A DNA stretch of 64,000 bases from Fimbriimonadia bacterium (GCA_041483895.1 JBGPGO010000009.1:96001-160000), one strand, 5' to 3'. Shown: positions 18,960-29,579, counted from the first letter of the stretch. Made by a program: numbers and translations. Notes: generated by a model not told the origin, from the letters alone.

Positions 18960-19868
18960 ATGATGTCAAGATTGCTGCTTATACTCCTCGTTGGATGCGT
19001 TGTTGGCGGCTGTAGCACGTCGGACCGGACGATCAACTTGGCCGACGGCAAGATAGCGACCGAAACCTCGGAGCGCCTGGCCAAAGGGACCGTTATGGCC
19101 GGTACGGCCACATCGGACGGACGGCTTGCCGCAATTCTGATTGGCAGGGAAAAGGACGGCGGCCTGATCGTACGAGAGATGGACACCGATCGGGTCGTTT
19201 ACAAGCGAACCGTTACCGAAGGGGATCTTTGGATGCCGGTGCTGTTCAATGCGGCGGGGACTGTGTTGTACTGCGAAACGAGCCGCGATAGCGAGTCCGG
19301 ATTTGGCTCCATTGATCTGGCGACCGGTCAAGAGACATTCGTGCCCGCCGCGACAACCCTGAAAACCGACATAATCTCGCCGCGCGGACAAAACCAGGAC
19401 TGCACGCTCGCGATTTGCGGCATCGGGGTCATCACCCAGGACGGCAAGCTCCTGCCTGTTCCCGATAGGAAGTTGAGCCGGTCGGACGCGTACTTTGATG
19501 AATGGGGAAACATCTGGATTCGAATCGGCAGATCGTACACAGAGTATTGCCGCGATGGCTCAGTCCGCTCCGGGCTGCGGAGGCCGAGGTACCTTGTGCA
19601 AGACCCGAGCAAGGCGCGCGGATCGATGACCCTGGAGCGGCAGGAAATACAGTTCCGGTACAAGGATTCCGGCGCGCTTGTCACCGCTATCTGGCTTGTC
19701 CACGCGAAGGCTGTACAGCGGCCGAACGGTGGCGCCTGGCGGGCGGCGTTGGTGGATGCCGCGCCGGATGTGTGGGACTTCGGCTTCTTCCCCAGCCGCG
19801 ATGCGATATGGGTTGTGACGCAGATTGATCTGCGGATTGTCCCATTTACAAAGACGTCGGCGCCCTAG
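18960..19868 (+). CDS. Hypothetical lipoprotein
   Basis: Hydrophobic signal ending VVGGC; beta-rich mature region. Confidence 0.65.
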   Translation: MMSRLLLILLVGCVVGGCSTSDRTINLADGKIATETSERLAKGTVMAGTATSDGRLAAILIGREKDGGLIVREMDTDRVVYKRTVTEGDLWMPVLFNAAGTVLYCETSRDSESGFGSIDLATGQETFVPAATTLKTDIISPRGQNQDCTLAICGIGVITQDGKLLPVPDRKLSRSDAYFDEWGNIWIRIGRSYTEYCRDGSVRSGLRRPRYLVQDPSKARGSMTLERQEIQFRYKDSGALVTAIWLVHAKAVQRPNGGAWRAALVDAAPDVWDFGFFPSRDAIWVVTQIDLRIVPFTKTSAP

Positions 19869-19874
19869 CCTGGG

Positions 19875-21221
19875 TTATTTGCTCCTGGTCCGCCGGGCCA
19901 CGAGCAGCCCGAGGCCAAATCCTGCCAGAACGATCCCTCCCGGCTCCGGCACTGGCGAGGAGAGGACGTAGGCGAAAGTGTGGTCGGGATGGACGATCTG
20001 CCACAGGACTTGGCCGTTCGGCCCGATGGCCATTCCCGTGCTGGAATCATAGGCTTGGCCCTGCAAATAATCCTGTGTCAAATTGAATCCATTGACGAAC
20101 GTGTCCACCCTATGATTCGTGAGCGGCCCGCTGCCGGACCAGAGGGCGTTCCCCAACTCGTCGATCCCATAACAATAGAGCCGATCGGTGATCGGCGTCT
20201 GCGGGCCGAGCAGAGCGCTGGAGATGTCCGTCTGGTTCTTCGCGATGACGTGACTGCTGTCTACCACGTCAGAGGCCAGCCAAACGACGTTGCCGGATTC
20301 GGACAGGAAGGTCAAGCCCTGTGGCGCCTGATACTGGTCCGCATGGCCGTCGATGTGGGAAAGATCCCTGCCGTCCACCTGAAGGAAGCCAACGCCGCGC
20401 GTCAAGGCGAGCCATGCGATGTGGCCGGAGTTGGTGATCTTGACGGCGACCGCCGCGGGCCTGTCGGTGTACTGACTCCGCGCGTAGACCTGGTCGTTCA
20501 AGAATACGGCGCCCTCCCGGCCGGTGTTGTCACCACCGCCATCCCACAACAGATCGTTATGATCGTTGAGGCTGAATTCGCCGGTATAGCGATTCCCTCC
20601 CAAGATGGCCGAAGAGTAGTTGACACCGTCGTGGAACAGATCGTAAACGCCGCCGGTCAGGCCGGAGAACGCTTGGAACGCCATGTCTCCAGACCTGGTG
20701 ACGGCGGCGCGCTGGGAAGAGAAGTCGTACAGTTTCATGCCGACGTAAATCTCCTTGTCGCCAAGGAATAATCGCGCATACTGGCCGGGAGAGCTGGCAA
20801 CCCAAAAAGGTCTTCCTTGACCGTCGATGCCCAAGACGCCAGCATCGTCCGGCGGCAGGCCCGGTGGCAGGACGTCCGCATAATAGTCGTGTCCATCCAC
20901 CATCGCGTGCAGAGAGGTCGAGTCCAACCCAATCCAGGCCACTTGGCCGTGATCATTGATCGCTCGAGTAAAGCCCTGACTCGGACCGGGAAATGCCGCT
21001 TGAGTCAAATTGGTCTTGTATCGAAATGCCTGCGGCAGCACATTCGATGCGCCAGGCACGTGCGTGTAAGCGGTGTATATTGGAATTCCGTCCCTGTTCA
21101 CCGCGAAGTACGCGGTGCCTCTCGTCACACCATCAATGAGAACATTATGCTTCCATTCGCTTTGTCCAGACGCGGCGAAGACCATTAGGACGACGCAGAT
21201 CAGGATCGTTATCGATTTCAT
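19875..21221 (-). CDS. PEP-CTERM sorting domain protein with internal ~42-aa beta repeats
   Basis: AGGAG RBS, signal MKSITILICV; repeats such as INDHGQVAW, LNDHNDLLW and ITNSGHIAW; C-terminal VPEPG-TM-RRTRSK. Confidence 0.88.
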   Translation of the reverse strand: MKSITILICVVLMVFAASGQSEWKHNVLIDGVTRGTAYFAVNRDGIPIYTAYTHVPGASNVLPQAFRYKTNLTQAAFPGPSQGFTRAINDHGQVAWIGLDSTSLHAMVDGHDYYADVLPPGLPPDDAGVLGIDGQGRPFWVASSPGQYARLFLGDKEIYVGMKLYDFSSQRAAVTRSGDMAFQAFSGLTGGVYDLFHDGVNYSSAILGGNRYTGEFSLNDHNDLLWDGGGDNTGREGAVFLNDQVYARSQYTDRPAAVAVKITNSGHIAWLALTRGVGFLQVDGRDLSHIDGHADQYQAPQGLTFLSESGNVVWLASDVVDSSHVIAKNQTDISSALLGPQTPITDRLYCYGIDELGNALWSGSGPLTNHRVDTFVNGFNLTQDYLQGQAYDSSTGMAIGPNGQVLWQIVHPDHTFAYVLSSPVPEPGGIVLAGFGLGLLVARRTRSK

Positions 21222-21286
21222 TTCATTTGACTCCTGAAGGGCTCCCCCGCGCTGTCGCGCGGGGGAGCATTGCACAGCAGGTAGGC

Positions 21287-22775
21287 TCAATTCCAATGTG
21301 GGCCCCAATAGGCCGCTACTTTGCCGTTGCCAAGCGTTAGCACAACGGCGCCGTCAAGGTCTATGGCGAGGTCCTGAGTCGGTATGGAACTTGCGGGATG
21401 GATGGGAAAGGGATAGTACAGCGGCTGCAAACCTCCACCAAAATCTGAGGGATTTTGGCAGTAGATGTAGCCGGTGTCGGTGGCCCAATAGATGATGTTG
21501 TGGCTGTCCGCATTTGTGAACAGTGGCGTTGAGGACAGGTTGTCGGAAGTGGAACTCATCTTTTTCCCGAATGAACCGCTGCCGGAGGTGCCTTGATCGT
21601 CCACCTTCACGGGGGTCGGTTTGCCGGTCCCAGTTCCCGCGGTTTGAGCCAAGAAGAAGACGTTCATGTCTCCGCTCGGAATTTCGACGCAAGGGTTGGC
21701 ATCGATTCTCCCGATGGCGCGTTGGGTGCCGTTGTCGTTTGCAGTCGTCAACCGACTGCTCCATGCGGCGGTTCCCAAGTCGTCACCCGCGCCAATAATT
21801 GAGTAAATGTATCCCTGGTTGCTCGAATCATACGTGGCAATGTAGACGCGATCGTTCGAGCCGTTGTCATTGCCAATGATGGGCCAAGTGTGGCATGTTT
21901 CGCCGCCGGAATCGGGAGTAAACGTCCACCGGAGCGTGGCGTGATCGCCCTGATCGAGGAGGCACTTGGCATGCCCGTCGCTGTTGGCGAGGACGATGTT
22001 CATGGTGGCCGGCGCTTCTCCCTCAAGCGGCGGGAGCAAGATCGACGACATCGGCCGCACAATTGGGTAGCCGGTGTCGTAACTCCACTCCTCGGATGCG
22101 TCCGAACCGGACGAATATCCTGAAGGATTGAACGCGTAGACCCTGCCGTTTGTGGACGGCACGTAGACGCGATATCCTTCGCTGTTCGGTTGGGTGACAC
22201 CCGCTATGAGATACAGTGGGGCGCTCAAAGAGTCCCCGTTCGAACCCAGTTGCGCCGATCGCCATAGCTTCGATCCGTCGGATGCTTCGAGGCAGTAGAG
22301 ACGCCGATCCGTATCGACGATGAATACCGCTTTCGTACCGTTGGACAGTCCCAGTACAGGAGAGCCGATCGGCGTTCCTGCCAACGTGTAAGACCCTTGG
22401 TAGTCCTTGGCGACAGAGAAGGTTGGCGGGTTTCCGTTGGTAAAGGTGACTTGGAGCCGGTAGAGCTTCTTGTCGTTCCCAAAGTAGTAGACCTTGTATT
22501 CGAACGTATTCGGATCGCTGGGTTCACCCAGCGCCACCCCATTGATCGGAGTTCCATCGCCTCCGCCCGGCGTGTAGGACCATTTCGCCGCTCCCGCCGT
22601 ATAAGGCGGCCGCAATGTCTGTCCCGCTATCGTCGGATGGCCGCTTCTTTGGACATCAAGCCCACCCATCGGCCACTGCCCGTACGTCCCGCCCGTTTGA
22701 GCGTGAGCAGTAAGTGTAAATACTAAGCCCCTCCCCCATTAGCAACATGGAGAGGCGTCGTGTCGGTCGATTCAT
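21287..22775 (-). pseudogene. Secreted PQQ-like/BamB-type beta-propeller protein, frameshifted in its signal-peptide region
   Basis: Repeats of the type LYCLEASDGSKLW and VYAFNP..WSY. The main frame extends upstream as GLVFTLTAHAQ-TGGTYGQWPM, but the RBS and ATG (MNRPTRRLSMLLMG, 22775) are in another frame across GGGGGAGGGG. Confidence 0.7.
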
Positions 22776-23057
22776 TGTCTCCATCCCTCCCGCCGAAGGC
22801 CGGTCCAAAGGCGCCCTGGTTTGCAACCATTCGCGGGTCTGTAAATCAAGGGGTCGGATCGACCCCAGCAATATATGCTGTAAACATATCACACTTTTGC
22901 TCGGTTGTCAAGCAGAATTCGGTGGTTCACCGACCCAATCCCAGATCCGCCGGGGGGTTGACAATCCGGTCGCCACGGAAATCGTGGGCATTTGCCGCGA
23001 TTCCTGTGCTGGCGATTGTGGGGCGTGACTCGGGGCGTTCGGGAACACGGTCCGTGT

Positions 23058-24302
23058 CTACGGAGAAAGGTGCTGCATGACGTCCTCTTCGCTCGCCTGG
23101 ATGAGGGCCATGGCGACCGCGCGGTTCGTGTCGCCGTTGGAGCGGAACGTGCCGGTCAATTCTTTCATCTGCGAGGGGGTGTAGAGCGTCGCCTGCACGG
23201 ACGCAAACGTTTCCCCATCAGCCGTTGTGCTCAATCGCGAGTCATGCACCATCAGGCTGGTGCCTTTCGGCAATGCGTGACTGATCGCATCCGCGACCGT
23301 CTGCGCCACCAACCGCTCCAGCATCCCGTCCGTCGCGGGACCATTCAACGAGGCGGTCACCAGCGTGCTCCCGACGGTGAGCTCCACCGACACGGTCGCG
23401 GCATTCCCTTCCGCCGAAACGTTGACGGACCGCAGCCCGACTCCGCCTGTCGTCTCCACCGGTTGGTCCTGGACCACGGCGCCGCGCTTGCCCTCTTTCA
23501 TGGCCTGCGCCTGCTTGCTCGCCAGATTGATCAGGTTGTCGAGAGTCGCCGCAAAATGCACGTCGTCTCGCTCTTTCGTTCGCTTGCCGCCCTTGACCCC
23601 CCAGGAAACTTCGATGCGGCCGTCGTCCGCCGGGGGATCCAAAGATTCGATCTCGCGGGCGGCCTCTTCGGCAAACGCCTCGCTGGCCTCATTGCCACGG
23701 ATGGTGCCGATTGCAAATTCGTCGCCGCCGTAACGGCACAGCACATCTGAATCCGAATCGATCACCTGCCGCAAAGTGTCGGCTACCGCCTCCAGCACCC
23801 GGTCGCCGACTCGGTGGCCAAATTTCTTGTTGAACAGACCGAACTGGTCGAGATCGAAGAACAGGATGGAGATCTCTTGGCCGCCCCGGAGCCTGTCCAG
23901 CGCCCATTCGCGCAAGGAGTCGGACCAGGAAAGGCCGGTCAGTGGGTCCTTCGATCGACCCAGCTCCGGCATGAGATTGTGGGGAGATACCCATCCGACC
24001 AGGCGCCCTTCGTCAACCACAGCGATGCGATCCGCCTTCGTTTCCATGATAAGCGCGGCCGCATCGGCGATACTGTCCGTCGGAGCCAAATAGGCGCCGC
24101 CCTTCTTCATCACTTTGAGCAGGGGTGTGTCGGGTTCGAGATCGATGAGATCGGACCAATGGACGATCCCCAGGTAGGCCCCGCCTTCTACCACGGCCAG
24201 CGTACCCGTCAAAAAGCCTTTCATTGTGACGAGAGCCATCCGAACCGTGTGGTCCGGACACAGCCACACAGGCGGTTCCATAACATCGGAGACCAGTTTC
24301 AC
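23058..24302 (-). CDS. CBS-pair plus GGDEF diguanylate cyclase
   Basis: Two CBS repeats, DPLTGL, FDLDQF..FN.KFGHRVGD and RYGGDEF; GTG start inferred. Confidence 0.88.
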   Translation of the reverse strand: MKLVSDVMEPPVWLCPDHTVRMALVTMKGFLTGTLAVVEGGAYLGIVHWSDLIDLEPDTPLLKVMKKGGAYLAPTDSIADAAALIMETKADRIAVVDEGRLVGWVSPHNLMPELGRSKDPLTGLSWSDSLREWALDRLRGGQEISILFFDLDQFGLFNKKFGHRVGDRVLEAVADTLRQVIDSDSDVLCRYGGDEFAIGTIRGNEASEAFAEEAAREIESLDPPADDGRIEVSWGVKGGKRTKERDDVHFAATLDNLINLASKQAQAMKEGKRGAVVQDQPVETTGGVGLRSVNVSAEGNAATVSVELTVGSTLVTASLNGPATDGMLERLVAQTVADAISHALPKGTSLMVHDSRLSTTADGETFASVQATLYTPSQMKELTGTFRSNGDTNRAVAMALIQASEEDVMQHLSP

Positions 24303-24415
24303 GTCATAACACCGCGGAGAATCAGAATCGGTGGGCGTTTTTGGAAACACCCACCAATCCAAGGAAAATCTCGGGCGCTCCGAGCCAAGGTCGCTGGCAC
24401 GCGCCCTATACTTTA

Positions 24416-25507
24416 TTATGACCTGGTTAGTTCATTCCCGCCACTAATAGCAGCAAATCCGGTAACAGGGACAACAGCCTGCCCGGTTAGCTCTCTATCC
24501 AGTTCTACCGAAATGTGCGTTAGAAAGGCGTCTATGGTCGAATCTTCCTGTGCCCTGGCTTCCACGCGCCGGACCGAGTAGTGAACTGTGGATCGGCCGA
24601 TGCGAATCCAATCGGCAGCCATGGCCTCAGTGATGCCGGACCGCCTGCAAAGTAAGTATGCACACAATTCCCTGCCGTCCCGGCTGTCCAGGCAGTGGTA
24701 GCGCCCAACGACGGTCCGGACAGCCTCCAGCAGGTCCGTATGGCCCGCCTTCGCCTCCAACGGGCTGAGCGCGCCGACAACTTGGGCGGTTGTCAGCTTG
24801 GCGTCGCCAAACTGGTCCCGCAGGAGCAGAAGCCGATTGAGAGCCCCGCGCATTCCGCGCAGCGCGCCGGAGACCCGCTCCGCGACAATCTGAACGGTCC
24901 CTTCCGGCAGCTCCAGCCGCTCGTGCCGGGCCATCTGGTCCAGCAACAGCATGCGGTCTTGTCGGCTTGGACTATGTAGATGAGCTATCGGCCAGTCCTG
25001 CGTTCCCAGCATGGCGGCGGTACGCAGGCTCGGCGTCTTCGTGGAGCCAAGAACAATTTTTCCACCCGCCGCCTGCACCTGCCGCATAGCGCCCGCCAAC
25101 AGGTCGATCGCTCCGTGAGAGGAGGCAAGGATTTGAAGATCGTCTATCAGAAGCGCGTCAAGCCGTTCAATTTTGCGGCGATTGAGCATCCACTCTTCCG
25201 CGCGGAAGAGTCGCACCTTGCCTGACAATGCCAATTCGCTTCGCAGGACCTGCAAAAGATAGGTTTTCCCGGTACCGGATCCGCCGACAATAAGAAGCCT
25301 GTTTCGGCCGGCCTGAATCACCTCTCGAACGGCGCTGCAAGCCTGCTCATTGCAGGGTGCGATGACGAGGTCGGAGTATCGCGGAGCGACGACTTTTGAA
25401 AGCAAAAGTTCGGCGCCGTGGATCGCGTTGATAATGTTGTCATCCCGGGTCGTTCCGAGACCGGAAGAGACGCGCGCGGACGAATGCGCGCTGCTATAGC
25501 TCACCAT
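24416..25507 (-). CDS. DnaA/Hda-like AAA+ ATPase (divergent, lacks DnaA domain I)
   Basis: GGSGTGKTYLL, DALLIDDLQ, LRGMRGALNRL and a C-terminal IGRSTVHYSVRRVE resembling DnaA domain IV. Confidence 0.75.
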   Translation of the reverse strand: MVSYSSAHSSARVSSGLGTTRDDNIINAIHGAELLLSKVVAPRYSDLVIAPCNEQACSAVREVIQAGRNRLLIVGGSGTGKTYLLQVLRSELALSGKVRLFRAEEWMLNRRKIERLDALLIDDLQILASSHGAIDLLAGAMRQVQAAGGKIVLGSTKTPSLRTAAMLGTQDWPIAHLHSPSRQDRMLLLDQMARHERLELPEGTVQIVAERVSGALRGMRGALNRLLLLRDQFGDAKLTTAQVVGALSPLEAKAGHTDLLEAVRTVVGRYHCLDSRDGRELCAYLLCRRSGITEAMAADWIRIGRSTVHYSVRRVEARAQEDSTIDAFLTHISVELDRELTGQAVVPVTGFAAISGGNELTRS

Positions 25508-26061
25508 AGTTCCCCTAATAATTGAATTAATACCTTCCGACTTATCACAATCCCGAAGGAGTTAGACAAATAAAAGCATGAACCGAGAATTAATGCCCAA
25601 TGGCGAATAACAGTATTTTATCCGGTTCCTGTCGGCTTGTCAAGCCCACCACGGGTCAACGGAGGGCATCTGAACCAAGATGCTGCCAAATTATCTGACG
25701 AATCATGCAATTTTCACGTAATTTCAGCCTTTTTGAACCAGAACCACATATTGTATGCAAATCTTGATTGTTAAGTCGGCAAGCCGACCGCGACGCCGTT
25801 TGTGCATAATTACGTTAAAAGTCACTAGGCAAGATTAGTCTGGCCAGGTTCCTCAGCCGTGGTCCATTGTTGCAGGATTCTCGCCTTTCTTGTCTGTTTC
25901 GCGATCCAAGTTTGCGCACTTCTTTTGAAAGATCCGATAAAGTCCCCCTCCTGCGCGCGGTTGACTTATCGCCCTTGAACTGTGTAGCATGGAGGAACTG
26001 ATTGATCTCCACTTTTTTCTTTCTGCAGGAGTGCGCTTCACGCGGCAGAACATACGATTGA

Positions 26062-27153
26062 ATGGCGCAAAGGGGTTTATACGACGTGCAAGCGAACATC
26101 AAAGTATTCGGAATCGGTGGCGGCGGCTGCAATGCGGTGGACCGAATGGCCGCCCATGGAATCTCCGGTGTGCGATTGGTCGCCATCAACACCGACGCCC
26201 AAGCCCTTCAGCGATCCCAAGCGGATGAGAAGATTCAAGTCGGCTATGACCTGACACGCGGTCTTGGCACCGGCGGAGACCCGGAGATCGGCAAAGAGGC
26301 GGCGCTCGGGATGGAGAAGGAGATCCGAGGGCAGGCCGAGGGCCTGGACATGGCCTTCATCACGTGCGGCATGGGTGGCGGGACCGGTACCGGCGCGTCG
26401 GCTGTGGTCGCCAAGCTGTGCCGCGACGCGGGCGCGCTGACCGTCGCCGTGGTGACCAAGCCATTCACCTTCGAAGGCCCCAAGCGCATGCGTACGGCGG
26501 ACAACGGGGTCGGGGAGCTCCAAGAGGCCGTGGACACCGTGATCGTCGTGCCGAACGATCGGCTGTTGGATATTGTCGAGCGCGGGACGACCTTGGCGGA
26601 GGCGTTCGCCACAGCGGACGATGTTCTTCGGCAGGCCGTGCAGAGCATTACCGACATCGTTTTGGTACCCGGCGTCATCAATGTGGATTTTGCGGATGTG
26701 CGGGCGGTTATGGAGACCGCCGGGCCGGCCCTCATGGGCATCGGGCACGCGAGAGGCCCGAACAAGGCCATCGAAGCCGCTTCCCGGGCGGTGGCGAGCC
26801 CGCTGTTGGAAAGAAGCATTGATGGAGCTTCGCGGCTGTTGGTGAACATGACCGGCGGCCCCGACCTGACGATCGGGGAGGCGAACGATGCCATGAGTTA
26901 CATTCAGGAGTTTGTCGAGGCGGACGACGGCAACATCATCATGGGCCATGTGGTCGATCCCCGGATGACCGGGGAGGCGCGCATCATCGTCCTGGCCTCC
27001 GGCCTGCCCGATGCGCCGAAGCGGTTCGATCCGAGACCGGAGACGCAGGCAGCGCCGCCACCGCGGGAGCCTGTCAGGTCAGAGACCGTCAATCGGCCGG
27101 TGGAAGAAGACACGCTCGACATTCCGTCTTTTCTGCGGAAGCATCGGTATTGA
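26062..27153 (+). CDS. ftsZ: Cell division protein FtsZ
   Basis: GIGGGGCNAV, GMGGGTGTG, INVDFAD and C-terminal LDIPSFLRK. Confidence 0.98.
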   Translation: MAQRGLYDVQANIKVFGIGGGGCNAVDRMAAHGISGVRLVAINTDAQALQRSQADEKIQVGYDLTRGLGTGGDPEIGKEAALGMEKEIRGQAEGLDMAFITCGMGGGTGTGASAVVAKLCRDAGALTVAVVTKPFTFEGPKRMRTADNGVGELQEAVDTVIVVPNDRLLDIVERGTTLAEAFATADDVLRQAVQSITDIVLVPGVINVDFADVRAVMETAGPALMGIGHARGPNKAIEAASRAVASPLLERSIDGASRLLVNMTGGPDLTIGEANDAMSYIQEFVEADDGNIIMGHVVDPRMTGEARIIVLASGLPDAPKRFDPRPETQAAPPPREPVRSETVNRPVEEDTLDIPSFLRKHRY

Positions 27154-27156
27154 TCG

Positions 27157-27564
27157 CTAAAGGAGCGTGACAAATCCTTCTTGGCCGAAGTGCTTGTCGT
27201 GGGTGAGAACTTGGTCGATCCCGAGTTCTTTCATAGCTATCATGCTGATACAATCAGTAAGGCTGTATGAACTGTTGAGGCGGTCTTCGTAGAATTTCAA
27301 GCCGCGCAAAAAGGTCTGTCTTGATTGAGGCACAACCAGCGTATTCTTATCGGCCAGAGCGTCGCGGATCATCTTGATCGCCGCTCTGCGCATGTGAGAA
27401 CCCTGACCGGCAAAGAATGTCAAGAACTCCGCAAACACCTCGTCCGTCGTCGCGACAATAAATGGGATTAGCTTGATACTTGCCGCAGCGGCAGCCTCGT
27501 GTAGATTGTCGCTCCTGTCAAGCAGCGCTATCCAATAGGCCGTGTCGGCAAAGACAACATTCAT
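27157..27564 (-). CDS. PIN-domain (VapC-type) toxin
   Basis: FADTAYWIAL, YSLTDCISM and LTHDKHFGQEGF motifs. Confidence 0.9.
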   Translation of the reverse strand: MNVVFADTAYWIALLDRSDNLHEAAAAASIKLIPFIVATTDEVFAEFLTFFAGQGSHMRRAAIKMIRDALADKNTLVVPQSRQTFLRGLKFYEDRLNSSYSLTDCISMIAMKELGIDQVLTHDKHFGQEGFVTLL

Positions 27565-27785
27565 TCGTCGCGCTTCGGTAAACCGTAAATGTAGTGATCG
27601 TGTTGTTCCGCACCATCGGTGGGCAATTGTGCAACGACATCATCCGGCAACTCGCGCGCAATCTCGAGAATCTTCTCCCAAATTGGCTTCGCATTGGGAT
27701 CATATTCGATCCGATAGACTGTGCCGTCCGCGGCTGTCAACTCGACCACGTTCCCTTGCTTCGTCTTCTCCGGTTCCATGCTCAT
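27561..27785 (-). CDS. Putative antitoxin
   Basis: Small acidic ORF overlapping the PIN gene by ATGA; ends LPTDGAEQHDHYIYGLPK. Confidence 0.8.
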   Translation of the reverse strand: MSMEPEKTKQGNVVELTAADGTVYRIEYDPNAKPIWEKILEIARELPDDVVAQLPTDGAEQHDHYIYGLPKRDE

Positions 27786-27845
27786 AGTGTACTATACGTT
27801 GCCGCCGCACAATCCAATGCGCTGGAGCGTGCCATACTGGGTTCG

Positions 27846-28751
27846 ATGGCGGCAGAAGTCCCCTGGCATCGGTTCGTTCTCTGGCTCAACCTGACCCCTA
27901 AGCTCGGCAGTCAGGGCATCGAGGGGCTGCTTCGAAAAATCGCACAGGAGGGCCTTTCGCCGGAAGAGTTCCTCGCGATTCCGGTCGAGGAAAAATCGCG
28001 GCGATATAAGTTGCTTCCCGAGGCCGCCGCGGCCCTCAGTCGCGGAGCCGCCGTCATTCAATCGGAATATGGCCCCGTCGAGGACCGATTGCGCGGTCAT
28101 GGCGTGGAATGGGTGACGCACGCCGACGCCAGCTATCCGCAGCGGATCGTTCAAAGGCTGGTCACAACCCCATCCATTCTGTACTTCTATGGCAATCGCT
28201 CGCTGTTGGACAGGGAGACGTTCGCCGCCTTCTCGTCGCGCGGCACGAGTAGGCAAGGGTTCGATCGGATGGAGCGCGTCGTTGAGAAGTGGGTGCTGAA
28301 GCCCTCGGTGCTGGTAGGCGGCCACAGCACGCCGTCGTATCAACGCGCCGCGGTGGTCCCGTTGCGGTGGGGAACTCCCCGCATCATGGTGCTCGACTGC
28401 GGAATGTTTACGGCTCTCAGTGACGATCTGAGCACCGAGCCGTTCAAGACCGCTCGACTTTGGCGTTACAACTTCGACCCGAAGACCGACCTCGTCATCT
28501 CGTTTTGCCGGCCCAAAGATCTGCCGCTTGGAATCCATAACAAGCCACGCGATTGGCTCATCTCCGCGATTGCCGACGACCTGCTGTTTATCGAGGTCCG
28601 AACCGGCGGGGTGATGGAGTCGATCGGCCTTGCCGCCCTGTCGCAGGGACGGGATGTATGGGTGATGGAATGGCCACAGTATACGGATCGATTGCAGGGC
28701 AATGTGCGATTGTTGACTTCGGGAGCGATCCCGCTCAACGAAAAGGAATGA
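27846..28751 (+). CDS. dprA: DprA/Smf-like protein (divergent)
   Basis: YPQRI...PSILYFYGN.SLL, RDWLISAIAD and IEVRTGG..ALSQGRDV; the central SGLAxGID motif is absent. Confidence 0.65.
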   Translation: MAAEVPWHRFVLWLNLTPKLGSQGIEGLLRKIAQEGLSPEEFLAIPVEEKSRRYKLLPEAAAALSRGAAVIQSEYGPVEDRLRGHGVEWVTHADASYPQRIVQRLVTTPSILYFYGNRSLLDRETFAAFSSRGTSRQGFDRMERVVEKWVLKPSVLVGGHSTPSYQRAAVVPLRWGTPRIMVLDCGMFTALSDDLSTEPFKTARLWRYNFDPKTDLVISFCRPKDLPLGIHNKPRDWLISAIADDLLFIEVRTGGVMESIGLAALSQGRDVWVMEWPQYTDRLQGNVRLLTSGAIPLNEKE

Positions 28752-28814
28752 GAAACGGGTTCCCCTTCCGTGCCGATAAGGGGAACCCGAATTCGGTTGT
28801 CAGCGAACGGACTA

Positions 28815-29384
28815 CTACTTCGCTTGGGCCTTGCCGTGAATGGGCGCAGGAGCGGTTACGTTTTTTTGGGCGTTCGGAACGTATTTCGCGGGGTCTTTGG
28901 TGAATGGCGCTTGGCAGCCTGGGCAACAGTAGTAGTAGCGTGTGCCTTCATAATCGGTATAGCTGTTAGCGCTGACATAGTTGGCGATCTTCGAACCCAT
29001 TACGGGGCAAACAAGAGACTGCTTTGCCGGCATCGCGGCAAACTTGATCGGCGAAGCATCAAAGCTGGTCTTGTCGGCCTCCGTTTCAAAATAGTATCGA
29101 ATGCCTTTGTAGTCAGCGCTGGCCTTCGCCTTGGAGGCTAGTACGCGCTGACCGGACACCGGATCGAAGAGCGAGTAGCCGATTGTCTTTCCAGACTTCG
29201 CGGCTTCCGCGATGTACTTGGCCGGTTCCTTCTCAAACTTTGCGTCGCATCCGTCGCAACAATATTGAAATCGGATGCCGTTGTAGTCCGTATACGGGCC
29301 ATTCGCTTTTGACGCCCCGCCCATCACCGGGCAGGACAGCGCGTTCGATGCGGCCCAAAGAGTAGCGAGTGTAAGTGTTATCAA
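28815..29384 (-). CDS. Secreted protein with three YHS domains
   Basis: AGGAGG RBS with TTG; CPVMG..YNGIRFQYCCDGC..F..EPAKY repeated three times. Confidence 0.88.
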   Translation of the reverse strand: MITLTLATLWAASNALSCPVMGGASKANGPYTDYNGIRFQYCCDGCDAKFEKEPAKYIAEAAKSGKTIGYSLFDPVSGQRVLASKAKASADYKGIRYYFETEADKTSFDASPIKFAAMPAKQSLVCPVMGSKIANYVSANSYTDYEGTRYYYCCPGCQAPFTKDPAKYVPNAQKNVTAPAPIHGKAQAK

Positions 29385-29521
29385 ATCTTGGTTCCTCCTG
29401 ATATGTCCCTGCGCAGGGATATCTAAATTGATGTATTGCGTTGCGCCTTCCCTACAGGATACGACTCCAGCGCCGCGATGCGTTCCAGGGGGAAGATCTT
29501 ACCTGGGCCGCACGCCGGATT

Positions 29522-29564
29522 CAAAAAAAGAACCGGGCGGGCAGATGTAACTGCCGCCCGGTCC
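29522..29564 (-). terminator. Rho-independent terminator of the pil operon
   Basis: Minus strand ACCGGGCGGCAG..CTGCCCGCCCGGT followed by TCTTTTTTT. Confidence 0.8.
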
Positions 29565-29579
29565 TTGTTGTCATCTTAC

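Noticed and set aside
25508..26061. Replication origin beside the DnaA-like gene
   Set aside because: Only one recognisable DnaA box, no dnaN or gyrB context, and the ATPase is not a full-length DnaA.
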